NCBI RefSeq assembly: GCF_011745625.1
Contig: NW_027191461.1
Location: 496,001-560,000, forward strand
Direction: 5' to 3'
Length of the DNA: 64,000 nt
Source of the DNA: Cladosporium halotolerans
Taxonomy: Eukaryota
Each line of letters opens with the position of its first letter. Positions within the stretch are counted from its first letter, which is position 1. The notes beneath the pieces were generated by a model that was not told where the DNA came from, made no database searches, and saw nothing but the letters and a program-made list of their open reading frames with translations. The translations under genes and the position numbers were made by a program. This document shows positions 33,390 to 44,604 of this stretch, one piece after another.

Positions 33390-33850
33390 ACTCGCGCTGT
33401 GAGAAGTCGTCGATCAACGGAGGGCGGTCGACTCCGAACTCTTCGATGAATCCAAAGACCATAGACCTAGACATAGCCGATGATACAGGCTACAAGAATA
33501 GACAAATAGATTGGTTGGCTACAAGCTTGTCTGATGTCAGATTTTCTTCTGTCTTATTGGTACTCAGCAATCATCATGTCTTCAAATCATTGCCATAGTG
33601 TTCCAGTCCTCGCCCGACTCGCGCTTGTCCAGCAAGCAGCGGCCGGCGAAGTCACAGAAACCAAATACCCATAATCTATCAGCCCATGACCTCTCAAAGA
33701 ACCACTCTCGCCTTCAAAACCAATTGAATCCCACCAGAGATGAGTCAGGGACAAAATCCCAGGAGAAACGTACCAAACAAACCAAGCAAACGACCCATCA
33801 CCACAACCCACCAGCACCCTTCAATCCCCCCATCCAAAACCCCCCCCCTA

Positions 33851-34880
33851 TCACCTACCCCTCCCCGCCGCCCACCAAAACCCACACCCGCCAACAAACT
33901 GCTCCAACCCCTCAAGAAACACCCCCACCTCGCCCCTCTCGTCTCCCGAACCATCCAAAATCTCTGCCTTCCGCTCCAAAATCTCCATCTCCGCATCGAC
34001 CGCCGCCCTCTTCACGCTCTCCCGTGCCTTAGCCTCCGACAACCCATGCTCAGCCATCACGACCGCAACCGCGTTCGACAGCCGAGCATTGTTATCCGCG
34101 CTCCGACAAACGCGCGGCCAGGTCCAGTAGTCTTTCGTCAGGAGGAGGCTGGTTGTCGCTGCGCGGATGGCAGAGTCGAGGAGGGCGAGCTCGGAGGCGT
34201 GGAGGTGCAGGCCGAGGGCGAAGAGGAGGGTTGGGATCCAGGGGTTTGTGGCGGTGTGGGACGAGAGGTAAGCTTGCAGGGTGGTGGGGTGCTCGGTTTG
34301 GGGTGGGTTCTTGAGGGGGTGGTTGAAGTGGTTGCGCCAGGCGTGCAGCAGGTCGAGGGCTTGGGATCGGTCGGTGGAGAGGAGGTCGGTAATGAGGGGG
34401 GGTGATGAGGGTTCGGATTGCGGTGGTGCGGCGGGACTTGTGGGAGAGGCCCTTGTGACGGCTGGTCTGATCCAGGCTGGAAATGGCTGGCAGGGCCTCT
34501 GCGAGGCCACTGGTGAAATGTGTCTTCGGCGATGCTTTGCTGGTGGGTGTGCGAAGAGCCATATCTCCCGCAGTCTCCGACAAGAACAGAAGGCTTGCAA
34601 AGCGAGTCATCAGACCGAGTCTGGAGGGGATGGCATCCGGCATCACGACGGCAATCCAGTTGCCGCTGAGCTTATTTTCCGTGGTCAGAGGAACCTCGAC
34701 GCCGTTCTCATAGAAATATGCTGCTAGTTCTCTCTTGACACCCTTCAGAGCATCGTCGCACAACTCCTCATAGATCGAGCGTTTCACCTTGAGGATCGTG
34801 AAACAACCGTACAATCTCAGTTCTTTGCCCGGCACGACGTAAGAGTTCTTTCCATTGCCGAATGTCTCAAAGGAGCGCAT
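33851..34880 (-). pseudogene. Degenerate class I terpene-cyclase-like gene with a frameshift in a homopolymer (pseudogene or sequencing error)
   Basis: Two overlapping ORFs join if one base is removed from the 7-nt run at 34396-34402; LTKDYWTWPRV and NAVAVVM resemble the NSE region of fungal di/sesterterpene cyclases. Confidence 0.65.
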
Positions 34881-36516
34881 GTTGAGTCGTGGGGCTTGAC
34901 GTTTGGGAGCTAGTGAGGTACAAGACGGTGGTCGTTAGACCTTTCAGCGGCGTTCCCCTCCTACACGAAGTTGATCGGCAGACTGAACAGGTCGCAAGTA
35001 TGTGTTGTGGCGCAGCTTAGTCGTAAGGCTACTGTTTGTGCGGATGGATATCAGTGGTAGAAGTTCACTGTCAGAACAATGTAATTGTGCGCCGTGGAAC
35101 ATATTATAGAAACATGGACGGAGCGGACGAAAGGTGTAGAAGAGTAGACGAGGGGCAGGCACAGCTATCGAATGCCAGCGTGCACCACCGATCATACCGG
35201 ACAGCACATGTGAGCGGCCAACACCGGCTTTCGAAGAGTTTCTCCAGTCTGGTGAGCGACCAGGTGGAAGCCGCCTAGCTTTGATACTTGTTTGGTTGTG
35301 AATACAATAGAGGCGAGGTATTGCTCATGCGATGATTCTTGATTGCATTACTCATTATTGGCGTTTCATTTGGCGGAAAATGAATTATGCCTGTATATAT
35401 GGAACTTGTTTGCTTGAGAAAGGCAGAAATGCGGCCTGAAGTTCGATCATCCAAGGCCTGCATGCAAACATGTGCGATTGCCTTCAAGATCGGTCCAGAT
35501 AAAACGTACGCGGCTGCTGTCTCAAGTCCCAGCAGCCATCGCCCCACGTGCATCCTGGAAGAATGTGCATTCGCATCCGAGCACGCCTGACATGCAACCA
35601 CGCCGAAAGTGGCGTGCTATTCCAGTGTCCGGAACAACGAAGACGCCAAGGCCTCCGGCTAGTCTGTCCGAATGAGCAAGTACACCTAATCGACGCTCAA
35701 GGCTGCTGCAACGAAAGCCTTGAGAACGTCTTTCCGACCCTCTTGACGGAGACCTGCGAGAGATGCAGACTAATTTTCCAACGGAGGTGGGATGAAGAGC
35801 TCCAGCGGATGCTGCGGGAGCGGGCCCCTGCTCAGCCAGATGCGCGAAATGGTGATCTTCCACATTGAAGATCATACAGCACTACAGTTTGGTCAGAGGC
35901 TCTTTGCGTGCAGTACCGGCCCCAAACACGTAGCCGGTTGCGACTGGGCTGAATCCCGCCGGCCCAGGAAGCGGGAAGGGTGCTTTTCGCCACGCGCCAG
36001 AGAAGAAGACTGGATGGATCATGGCAGGGTTGAAGGGTTGGGCGGTCGATCCTGGTGTTCGAGAATCAAGGGGGATTTGATGTGGCGGCATGGCTTCTAG
36101 TTGATTTCTAGGTGCGGCGCTCGATTCAGTGGAAGATGGCCTGGTTTGTTGTTGATGAAGTGGGTTCTGGGATTGAGGTGTGGCGACCTGGCAATCATCA
36201 GTAAGTGATTTGGTGATAGGAGTCTGTCATACGAGCAGCCCACCTTCGGTCTCGATGGCTGAAGCGAAGAGATCATATTTTCTGTACGATGACCAAGAGT
36301 AATATGCTCCTCTGTCGTTGAAATAAGATTCACCATCTGACGAAGTGAAGCACCCCGGCCAAAACCCCGCAAGATCAGAAGCCGAGGGTCGGAGAGCTCC
36401 AGCGGCCGATGATGCACGCTGACGGAACGTCTCGTTTTCCAACAAACATGCAATAGCTACCAAAACAAAGATTCAATAAATTATTGAGCCCCTCTCGCAG
36501 CAAGAGAAGGAGAAAC

Positions 36517-38358
36517 ATGTGGCGGAGAGCGCTGGCGCAGATCCGACCACGGCGAATCCCAACCCAATGGCAACGGCACACAACGAGCACCGCGAGCAGC
36601 AAGCCGATCATTGACATCCAAAATGGCACATTCTATAAGACCTACCCCTCCGCCAACCAGAGCTCGCAACCCAACAACCCAGCTCTCTTCCCCAACCTCT
36701 CGTACACCCTCTCCAACACCACCCAGCCCAGCGAAACACAGTACTGGGCAGTGATCTCGGACTCCTCCGTCGCACGAACGACCTTCCTCCAGATCCTCGC
36801 CGGCCAGCATATCTGCCTGCCGCCCACAGCTCGTCGATATCCGGCGCTCTCGGATGCTCACACATCCCTCCAGCATGCGATCAAATATGTCGGGTTCGAT
36901 GCCGAGCGCGGCAGCGGCGTGAGCGGGACGAATGTGCGCGGCGCGTACCTCAGCGCGCGCTACGAGAGCAGGCGAGAGGAGACGGATTTCACGGTCTTGG
37001 ACTATCTGACGGGGCACACGGAGCTCAATGCGCTGGAGCGGGAAGAGACGGCTGGCGAGAGGGAGGTGCTGCAAGAGGTCACGGAGCAGCTGGATCTAGG
37101 ACCATTGCTGTCCATGCCAGTGGCCAATTTGAGCAATGGCCAGACGAGACGAGCCAGGATCGCGAAAGCACTAATGGAGAGGCCGGAGGTGCTGCTGCTC
37201 GACGGGCCGTTCATGGGCTTGGATCCGCGAACGCAAGAAAAGCTCTCCGGCGTCCTCATGCGACTAGCCGAGCGCAGCCAGCCGCGACTAATCATCAGCC
37301 TGCGGCCAGAAGACGGCGTGCCACCCTGGGTCTCGCACGCCGTCGTCGTCGACTCGCACCTCAAAATCCTCTCGCAAGGCCCCAAACCCTCCTCCTCCCA
37401 TCCCTCTCACCCCTCACCCCTCCCCCTCCTCTCCCGCGACGGCTTCCCCAACCCCTCCCCCTCCCCTCCCCCCGGCGAACCCCTCGTCCAACTCACCGGC
37501 GCCCGCGTCTCGTACGGCCCGACAACCGTCCTCGGCGCCTGGCAGCAGCCCTCCGCCCCCTCGCCAGGCCTGCACTGGACGCTCCACCGCGGCCAGCGCA
37601 CCGGCATCTTCGGGCCCAACGGCAGCGGCAAGACCACCCTGCTCAGCCTCATCACCTCCGACCACCCGCAGACCTACTCCCAGCCGGTCAAGCTCTTCGG
37701 GCGCTCGCGCCTGCCCGCGCCAGGGCAGCCGGGCCTCAGCGTGTTCGACCTGCAGCGGCGGATGGGCTACTCGAGCCCGGAGGTGCACGCTTTTTTCCCG
37801 AAAGAGCTGGCGGTGCGGAGGGTGCTGGAGTCGGCGTGGGCGGACGCGCCGCTCGCGAGGCCTTCGCTGGACGAGGGGGCGAGGGAGAGGGTCGATGCGT
37901 GTTTGAGGTGGTTTGCGGGGGATTTGAGGCCGGCGGATGTTGCGCCTGCGGCGGGAGGAGGAGGAGGGGAGGATGAGCTGGCTTGGGCGGGCTCGACGCC
38001 CTTCCGTGAGCTGTCGTTTTCCGCGCAGCGGCTGGCGCTGTTCTTGCGGGCGCTGGTGCACTCGCCGGATTTGGTTATTCTGGACGAGGCGTTTAGCGGG
38101 ATGGACGCGGGGACGCGGGATCGGGCGCTGACGTTTTTGTCGTGGGGCGACGGGGGGGTTGTGAAGGGGTTGGGGGAGGAGCAGGCGCTGTTGGTGATTA
38201 GCCATGCGAGGGAGGATGTGCCGGGATGTGTGAGGGATTGGGTGTGTTTGCCGGAGCCTGGGGAGGGGAGGGCGGTGAGGATGGGGAGGTTGGAGGGCCC
38301 GTTGGAGTTGGTTGAGGGGGGTTGGGAGGAGATTTGGGGGAGTAACAAGGGGAGTTGA
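36517..38358 (+). CDS. Soluble double-ABC-domain ATPase (ModF/YDR061W-like), probable mitochondrial presequence
   Basis: LSNGQ...LLLDGPFMGLD in domain 1; GPNGSGKT, LSFSAQR, VILDEAFSGMD, ISH in domain 2; no TM segments. Confidence 0.88.
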   Translation: MWRRALAQIRPRRIPTQWQRHTTSTASSKPIIDIQNGTFYKTYPSANQSSQPNNPALFPNLSYTLSNTTQPSETQYWAVISDSSVARTTFLQILAGQHICLPPTARRYPALSDAHTSLQHAIKYVGFDAERGSGVSGTNVRGAYLSARYESRREETDFTVLDYLTGHTELNALEREETAGEREVLQEVTEQLDLGPLLSMPVANLSNGQTRRARIAKALMERPEVLLLDGPFMGLDPRTQEKLSGVLMRLAERSQPRLIISLRPEDGVPPWVSHAVVVDSHLKILSQGPKPSSSHPSHPSPLPLLSRDGFPNPSPSPPPGEPLVQLTGARVSYGPTTVLGAWQQPSAPSPGLHWTLHRGQRTGIFGPNGSGKTTLLSLITSDHPQTYSQPVKLFGRSRLPAPGQPGLSVFDLQRRMGYSSPEVHAFFPKELAVRRVLESAWADAPLARPSLDEGARERVDACLRWFAGDLRPADVAPAAGGGGGEDELAWAGSTPFRELSFSAQRLALFLRALVHSPDLVILDEAFSGMDAGTRDRALTFLSWGDGGVVKGLGEEQALLVISHAREDVPGCVRDWVCLPEPGEGRAVRMGRLEGPLELVEGGWEEIWGSNKGS

Positions 38359-38801
38359 GTGGTGCGTTTGGGGATGGGTAGATGTTGGGCCTTAACAGGG
38401 CCATGTAGATGGTAGGTTTGTTAGATCTATTGTAAACATGTAGACCTGCTATAGAAGCGAAGTGCTTCGCATGGGATTGATGTACCGATTGTTGAGTATG
38501 TGGAACTCACCTGTTACATCACCAACCACACATCAGCAGCCGGGTTTACTCTGAGCTCTAATCGTACGAAAAGCGCACGTCAGTGTCCATGACTGCCAGA
38601 GCTTTCGTACAACGGAACACTCAACTCTGCCACGCGGGTCACACAATCGGCGAAACACAGCATACAACACCAAGCACAACAGCAGCCGCACAAGCAGAAG
38701 CAACACACCCTCGGGCTCCAAGTATCCGGTCGGCTTTCAAATCAATTTCATTTTCCCCGATCTATCAACCTCATTCATTTCCCCTCTTTGTCTAGTCGAC
38801 T

Positions 38802-39527
38802 CTAAGCAGAGTGCTCCTTAATCGCCGCCTCCAGCGCAGCCGGGTTCGCGCCGACGACCTCGCCGACCTTGCCGCCGTCCTTGAACAGCAGGAAAGTGGG
38901 CATGGCGCGCACGCTGTGCTCCTGCGCGGCCTCGGGGACCTCGTCGACGTCGACCTTGTAGAAGCGCGCGGAGGTGTAGTTGTTCGAGAACCTGTTGTAA
39001 AACGCTCTGTCAGCATGGAGCGTGGGTTGCAGGGGGGATGGCTGCTGGGCGATTTGTAATCGGGCGGGAGGGCTTTGCTGGTGACTTACTTGACGACCTG
39101 CGGCGCGATGACCTTGCAGGGCCCGCACCAGGTGGCGAAGAAGTCGACGACCATCAGGCCCTTCTCGCCGAGGGCGGAGTCGAAGTCGGCCTTGCTGTTT
39201 GGGAGAGCGAGAAGTCAGCCATTTGTCATCCGGCTTGTCGAGAGCGCTTTTTCCTCTGGCTCGCGGCGGGCGCGCGCGCGCAGAGCAGTAGAGCACGGGC
39301 GGGGGAACTCACGAGGTCAGGTTGTGGACGCCCTGGTTAGACATGGTGGCTGAGAAGTTGCGGCGGGTGGTGGTGCGGAGGAGAGGAGTCGTCGCGGCGC
39401 GAGAAGTGGTGAAAGCGGCGGCGTGGGTGGTGAGGGGTCTGACGGATGTGGGTCTGACGACAGCGCTGCTGCGGGCTGAGCTGGTGAGAAGGGCTCGCGG
39501 GAGGAGGGAGGCGCGCGAGAGGGACAT
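38802..39527 (-). CDS. Thioredoxin with two in-frame ATGs (39527 and 39344); introns 39195-39312 and 38992-39089
   Basis: Spliced [15 protein letters not shown]...YKVDVDE...VRAMPTF...VVGAN. Confidence 0.93.
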
Positions 39528-40843
39528 ATACACGGTTTGGAAGGGGGAGAAGAGGAAGAGGGGGGGAATATATAATACAATAAGATGACGAGGTGATGGA
39601 AGGGCGGGGTGGCGAATTGGGCGTTGCTGAGGTAAGGGAGGTGCGTGGTGAGGTGATGCGATGCTGCGGTTTGAAGGGCTGCTTCGTGTTCGTGCTTGTG
39701 CTCGTGCTGTGTTCTTTGCGATGCTGGACTGGAGGCTGCTTTGTCACCAGCCTTGCGCCCGCCCGAGCATTTCCCGAGGAGAGCAGCGAGACCGACGAGA
39801 CGACTCACCTCACTAATCAATGGTTTGTCGTGCGTGACTGGTTGGTTCGCGACCTAGAGGAATTTCAATGATTATGACAATAATTGAAATAGAAGAGGAG
39901 AAGGCAGTAGAACCAGCGAGTACCGATCAAATTCCCTCGCGCCAGATAGCGTGCTCATCGCATGCACGCATGCATGCACATTATTGTCAGCTCGCTCCCG
40001 CAAGACCGGGACGAAGCAGAGCTCACCGAGGCGCCCCATGAGCAAGCGCCATATGCGGCCGCTGAGCTTCCCGATCCTGCGCATGAAATGTATTTACATC
40101 TCCATGACGTGCGAGGCTCATATTTGTTGTTTGCCTTCAGCAGGCAACTCACGACAATCCAATCCAACAAAGCACAGTACTGACAAGCGAGAACTCTCAT
40201 CAATGAACAATCAAATCCGACTCTGCGAGCCATAATGCATTATGAAGAACTACTTCAAGCAGTAAGGTATCATCGTAGCCCCTGCCGCCGGAGGGGGCTT
40301 CGCGTCGTCTATCCAATCCAAAAAGGCAAGAAGTAAAGGTAAGGTATCCTGTACAATTTTCCCAACCCCATCCCAATCATCCGTCCATCCAATCTGAGGA
40401 AAGGCCGGACCCTGCCGCTCCGGCCTGCTTGCAGACAGAGGTGCACTTCGCTGCCTTTCCGCGTCATCCATCCGTCGGGGAATACTTCCTTCGCCCGAGT
40501 GCTGTGAGAGAGAAAGTCGAACAGAGTACAAGTGGGAAAGGAAAAAGAAAATACATCTTGAGATGGGCTTTCTCTCCGTTAGCCGGGCGGGATGATTTTA
40601 TGATTTCTTGCTGCCTTGTCCCTCCCGAAAAGTTGCTGTGCCCAGAAACGACAAGGTAAAAGAGTTACAAGTTTGTTCGAGTGCTAAAAAAAAGCAGACA
40701 TGCAAGAAGTCGAAAGAAAAGGCTGGGTATCGAGCGCGGGTCGTGGAAACGAATGCTGTGAAAGTTGAAGGGAAACGAGAGGATGAGACGAAATGTCGGA
40801 ATTACGAGAGGAGCGATTGTCGGACCACAGTCGTGTCGCGCCT

Positions 40844-43528
40844 CTAGATCACATTGGAGAAAGAGCCGCCGCTCGCTCTCTTGGAGTCGAGTGCCGCGCT
40901 CTGCCTCCTCGAAGGCGGGAGACTGAGCAACTTCGCGCTGCCCGCTGAGACCTTGCGCGCATGACCGCGGCCGAGAGTGACGGACGTCGCGCGGTGGACT
41001 TGTGATTCCGCCACGGGAGAGGTGGGCGATTCGGCTTCTCCGCCTTCAATCGTGGCGACTTCACCAGTCGCGTATTCGGCGAGGAGGCCTTCGCGAGAGC
41101 GCGCGATCGGGTCGCGGTGGACGAGGGTGGGTTTGCGGCGCACGCTACCGTGCATTTTCATCGGGGCGGAAGGGTCGGCTGGCGAGTCGGGTAAGAAGCT
41201 CTCGTCCTCGTCTTCAGCGTTGGTGATTGTGGGCGTGCCGGAGCGCTGAGGTCTACGCTGCTGCTGCTGCTGCTGCTGCTGCTGTGCTTGAACGTCTGTG
41301 CTCGTGCTCGGGGTGCGGCGGGCGAGGTACTCTGCGTCTTTGTCGTGGCCGCCGAGGTCTTCATAGCTGGCGACGAACTCCTGCGGGCGTCTGTTCAGGG
41401 AGCCGATGCTGCGACTGAGCTGGGAGGAGCGGGAGCCACGCTTGAGCGAGCCGCCGCTGGCGAGCCAAGAGCCCTCTGAATCTACCGAGCCGAGCGATGC
41501 GGACATCAAACCAGTACCCCGGCCATTAGGGCTGACAGGGGTGTCGTAACGCGGTGCGCCGCTGGGGTCGAGATCTGAGTTCCGGTTGTGAAGATTTGGT
41601 CGCTCGATCGGTCTGGGTGAAGATCTCCCCCTGTGGCTCGCTGCAATAGCCGCAGCGCCAGCCGGGAGATCTGGAACATCCGGTGACTGTACGCGAGAGT
41701 CCGGCGGAGACATTGGCATCTCTGGCAGGTCTTCCCTAAATTTGCTCTGAGTGCGTGTCGGCGCGCCGGTTTTGGTTCGCTGGAAGGGTGATTGATCTCT
41801 GCCGAGAAGGTGAGGTGGGATGGGTCCACGAGACATTGATTCTCTAGAGGTGTTTGCGAAGGACGTCTCTGTCGTGGGTGATTTCAAAGGATCCTGTTTC
41901 TTCGTTCCGCTGCGACGGAAGAGCGTTGCCCAGCCTCCTGCGCGTCTAGATTCGATTGATTTCGGCTCGGAGCCCCTTCGTTCTTCGAAAACAGTCGGCA
42001 TGCCAGGCGGAGGCTCAGGAAGAGATGCAGTCCTTTCTTGCCTCAGCTCGGCAATTGTGGGAGATTGCATGGGTTGTGGAATAGAGTGTCTGTTAATCAT
42101 GGGTGAAAGAGGAGGCGTTGCAGACTGCGGGTTGTGTTGCGAATAGCGGACTGCCTGAGCAGTCTCGACAATCGGATCCTCTACGGGGGTCTCAATCGGG
42201 GTGAATGCTCCAGGCATGTCAACATGGCGGGTCTCCAATCGCGGTTCGGGCGCTGGCGAGGGCAGAGGGTCTCTGAACGGATTCTCAGCAGCTTTCCATT
42301 GCTGCTGCTCCTGTGCGGGGCCCTGTTTCCGCGGATCTCCAATTCCTAGACCGACCACTTCGTCGGAATTGATCTGTGGTTCGTCTCGAAGCGCAGGATG
42401 TACAGCTGTAGGGGGCGTCAGAGGTTGGCGAGCTCTTCGCTCTTCCTCCACCCGCGCCCTCGTTTCCTGCTCTCTCTTCGCTTCTTCAGCTTCTCTTCGT
42501 CTCTTGCTGCTGTCGGCTCGGTCTCTTTGGACCTTCGCCTTGAGCTTGCGATCCAGCTTTTCTTGCTGTTCTCTCCTGCGCCTTTCTCGGCGCTTCGCAT
42601 CTCTCTCCATTAATACTCGAAGATCACTCGCATCCATATCGTCCGCTGTAACTCCTATCCTTTGATTTTTCTGCTTGAAGCCATCCACCGGCTGCTTTTC
42701 CTTCGGCGGGTGCGGGCCATCTCGCGACATAGGCGGCTGGCTGTACACGCTCGTACCACCAGGATACTGAGGCGTGCCCGACAGCCTGATCGCAGGCCTC
42801 GGGCTGAACATGTCGAAGACGCCCAGCTCCCAGCCACGCTGCTCCGGCACGGTAGACATCGAGTGGATCGACTCCCCGTACGGCAGCGAGACGCTGGAGT
42901 CCTTCATGTTCCTCCGCTTCTTGCTGTCGCGGCGGAAGATGCCTTCGCTGGGCCGTTTGGGGACGGCGGTCGAGGCGCTCATGGCGCGGATCTCCTCTTC
43001 GCGCACGCGGTCGTCGTCCTTGCGCTTTTTGCTCGAGTGGCGGCGCACGGGCATGGTGTCGTAGGCGCTGCGCTTGGATCGCACGGTCGCGGGCCGGGAG
43101 GAGGGCGGGCGGATGTCTGTTCGCTGGACGCTAGTCTGGGAGGTCGAGTGGTCGCGGAAGGTGTAGGGGATGTGAGGCGGCTTTTCCATTTCCACCGGGC
43201 GGAGGTGCGGCGATCGGTCGAGGTTGTAGCTCACGGGCAGGGCGGTGATGTCTTCAATGCTTCCTCGAGGCCGGCTGGCCGGGCGGCTGGGCTCTTTCTC
43301 GTCGGTCGTCGACGTCACAGGGTACTGCTGATTGGTTTGCTGGTCGTGTGTGTCGGCTGCCTTCTCGGTTTGCTGCGAGGCACGGCGAAGGCGCTGCGCA
43401 AAGCGTGTGCTTGGGCGGCGAGCCGGGGTGGTGGAGGGCTCACTGGGCTCGGAGGGGGCCGTGGGCGGCGAAGAGGTGTCCTTGGAGGTGGCAGCACTTC
43501 GCCGCTTCTTGAAGGGCCACAAGGGCAT
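40844..43528 (-). CDS. Hypothetical low-complexity fungal protein with coiled coil and poly-Q
   Basis: About 894-codon ORF from the first ATG (MPLWPFKKRR); charged coiled coil LMERDAKRRERRRREQQEKL; CAG repeat near 41257-41285. Confidence 0.8.
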   Translation of the reverse strand: MPLWPFKKRRSAATSKDTSSPPTAPSEPSEPSTTPARRPSTRFAQRLRRASQQTEKAADTHDQQTNQQYPVTSTTDEKEPSRPASRPRGSIEDITALPVSYNLDRSPHLRPVEMEKPPHIPYTFRDHSTSQTSVQRTDIRPPSSRPATVRSKRSAYDTMPVRRHSSKKRKDDDRVREEEIRAMSASTAVPKRPSEGIFRRDSKKRRNMKDSSVSLPYGESIHSMSTVPEQRGWELGVFDMFSPRPAIRLSGTPQYPGGTSVYSQPPMSRDGPHPPKEKQPVDGFKQKNQRIGVTADDMDASDLRVLMERDAKRRERRRREQQEKLDRKLKAKVQRDRADSSKRRREAEEAKREQETRARVEEERRARQPLTPPTAVHPALRDEPQINSDEVVGLGIGDPRKQGPAQEQQQWKAAENPFRDPLPSPAPEPRLETRHVDMPGAFTPIETPVEDPIVETAQAVRYSQHNPQSATPPLSPMINRHSIPQPMQSPTIAELRQERTASLPEPPPGMPTVFEERRGSEPKSIESRRAGGWATLFRRSGTKKQDPLKSPTTETSFANTSRESMSRGPIPPHLLGRDQSPFQRTKTGAPTRTQSKFREDLPEMPMSPPDSRVQSPDVPDLPAGAAAIAASHRGRSSPRPIERPNLHNRNSDLDPSGAPRYDTPVSPNGRGTGLMSASLGSVDSEGSWLASGGSLKRGSRSSQLSRSIGSLNRRPQEFVASYEDLGGHDKDAEYLARRTPSTSTDVQAQQQQQQQQQRRPQRSGTPTITNAEDEDESFLPDSPADPSAPMKMHGSVRRKPTLVHRDPIARSREGLLAEYATGEVATIEGGEAESPTSPVAESQVHRATSVTLGRGHARKVSAGSAKLLSLPPSRRQSAALDSKRASGGSFSNVI

Positions 43529-43638
43529 TGCTTGGAGCGGGATATTGGGCGTGGAGGTCAGTGAGGCATCCCCGGGCGCGGCGACGGAGGGCTGCAAGGC
43601 AGTGATGAAGGTGTGGGTTCGGGCGCGGCGCAGGGCGA

Positions 43639-43680
<42 letters not shown>
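43639..43680. repeat. (GCACAG)7 microsatellite
   Basis: Perfect hexamer array about 110 nt upstream of the ATG at 43528. Confidence 0.95.
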
Positions 43681-43683
<3 letters not shown>

Positions 43684-44580
43684 TGTTTCGGGCGCGCAAC
43701 GGCGGGCATGCAGCGATGCAATGTCGGGGGTGTGCAGCGGTGCAGCGGTGCAGAGCGGGCAGGCGTGGTGGTGAAATGGAGAGGAGCGCACTGGCGCAAT
43801 GCCGTGCACGCTGCGCGGACGTGGAATCACGGACGGCGACTCGGCGAGGGTGGACTGTGGGTGGACTGTGGGTGGAGGGTTGTGGACTGTGGGTTGGCAC
43901 TGTGCCCGTTCGAGATGCGACGCCGCAGTGCGCTAGCAGGCACGGCAGGCTTGCCAGAGACACACCAGGGATCGGCCGGCTGGAGAAGACGCGGGAGGCG
44001 TGCCGGGACGTTGTCGTAGCCGCACGCAGGGCACCATGCGCCGCGCTGGCCCGGGGTGACGGGTCTGGGATATATTGTTATTGTTGGCGCTGTGGTGGGT
44101 GAGCGGTCAGTAATGATGTGTACTCGAAGATACAGCTCGAGTTGGGTTGATGAGTGTCCACCAACACACAGACAAGGCGGGCCAGTAAAGAAGGTCTACC
44201 CTACCAGAGCTACGTCCATCTCTCTACCGAACCACACACCTCACAGTCACAGCACTCGCTCTGCACCTCACACCCAGCGTGCAACCTAATCCGGCGTGGT
44301 GGCGCTACGCACATCGCCCTGCCAATGACGACGGTGCAGCCCGTCAGGCTCCGCCAGGCCTTGCTTGCCAGCTTGCGCGTGACAGCTCCACCGACCACAC
44401 GAACGCAGACCCTCCACACACCACGCGCACGTCGTCTGTCACCTCGGCGAGGCATAGCAACAGCATCTCTTTCCCCGTCGCATCACCTCTGCCAACGGTC
44501 TCACGACGCACGCGAGCGCGCAACTCCGTTTCCCTTTCACGCGCCCCAAAGCGTCTACCGGCCGCCAGCCCAGCGCCGGG

Positions 44581-44604
44581 GCAGCAGCAGCAGCAGCAGC
44601 AGCA
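44581..44604. repeat. (GCA)8 microsatellite
   Basis: Perfect trinucleotide array in intergenic DNA. Confidence 0.9.

Noticed and set aside
31271..38358. Possible terpene biosynthetic cluster (transporter, terpene cyclase, ABC protein)
   Set aside because: The cyclase is degenerate, the ABC protein is a soluble housekeeping type, and no P450 or prenyltransferase is present
43529..43963. N-terminal extension of the 1039-aa ORF with a PVPVPV repeat
   Set aside because: Non-ATG start and translated microsatellite; the first ATG is at 43528
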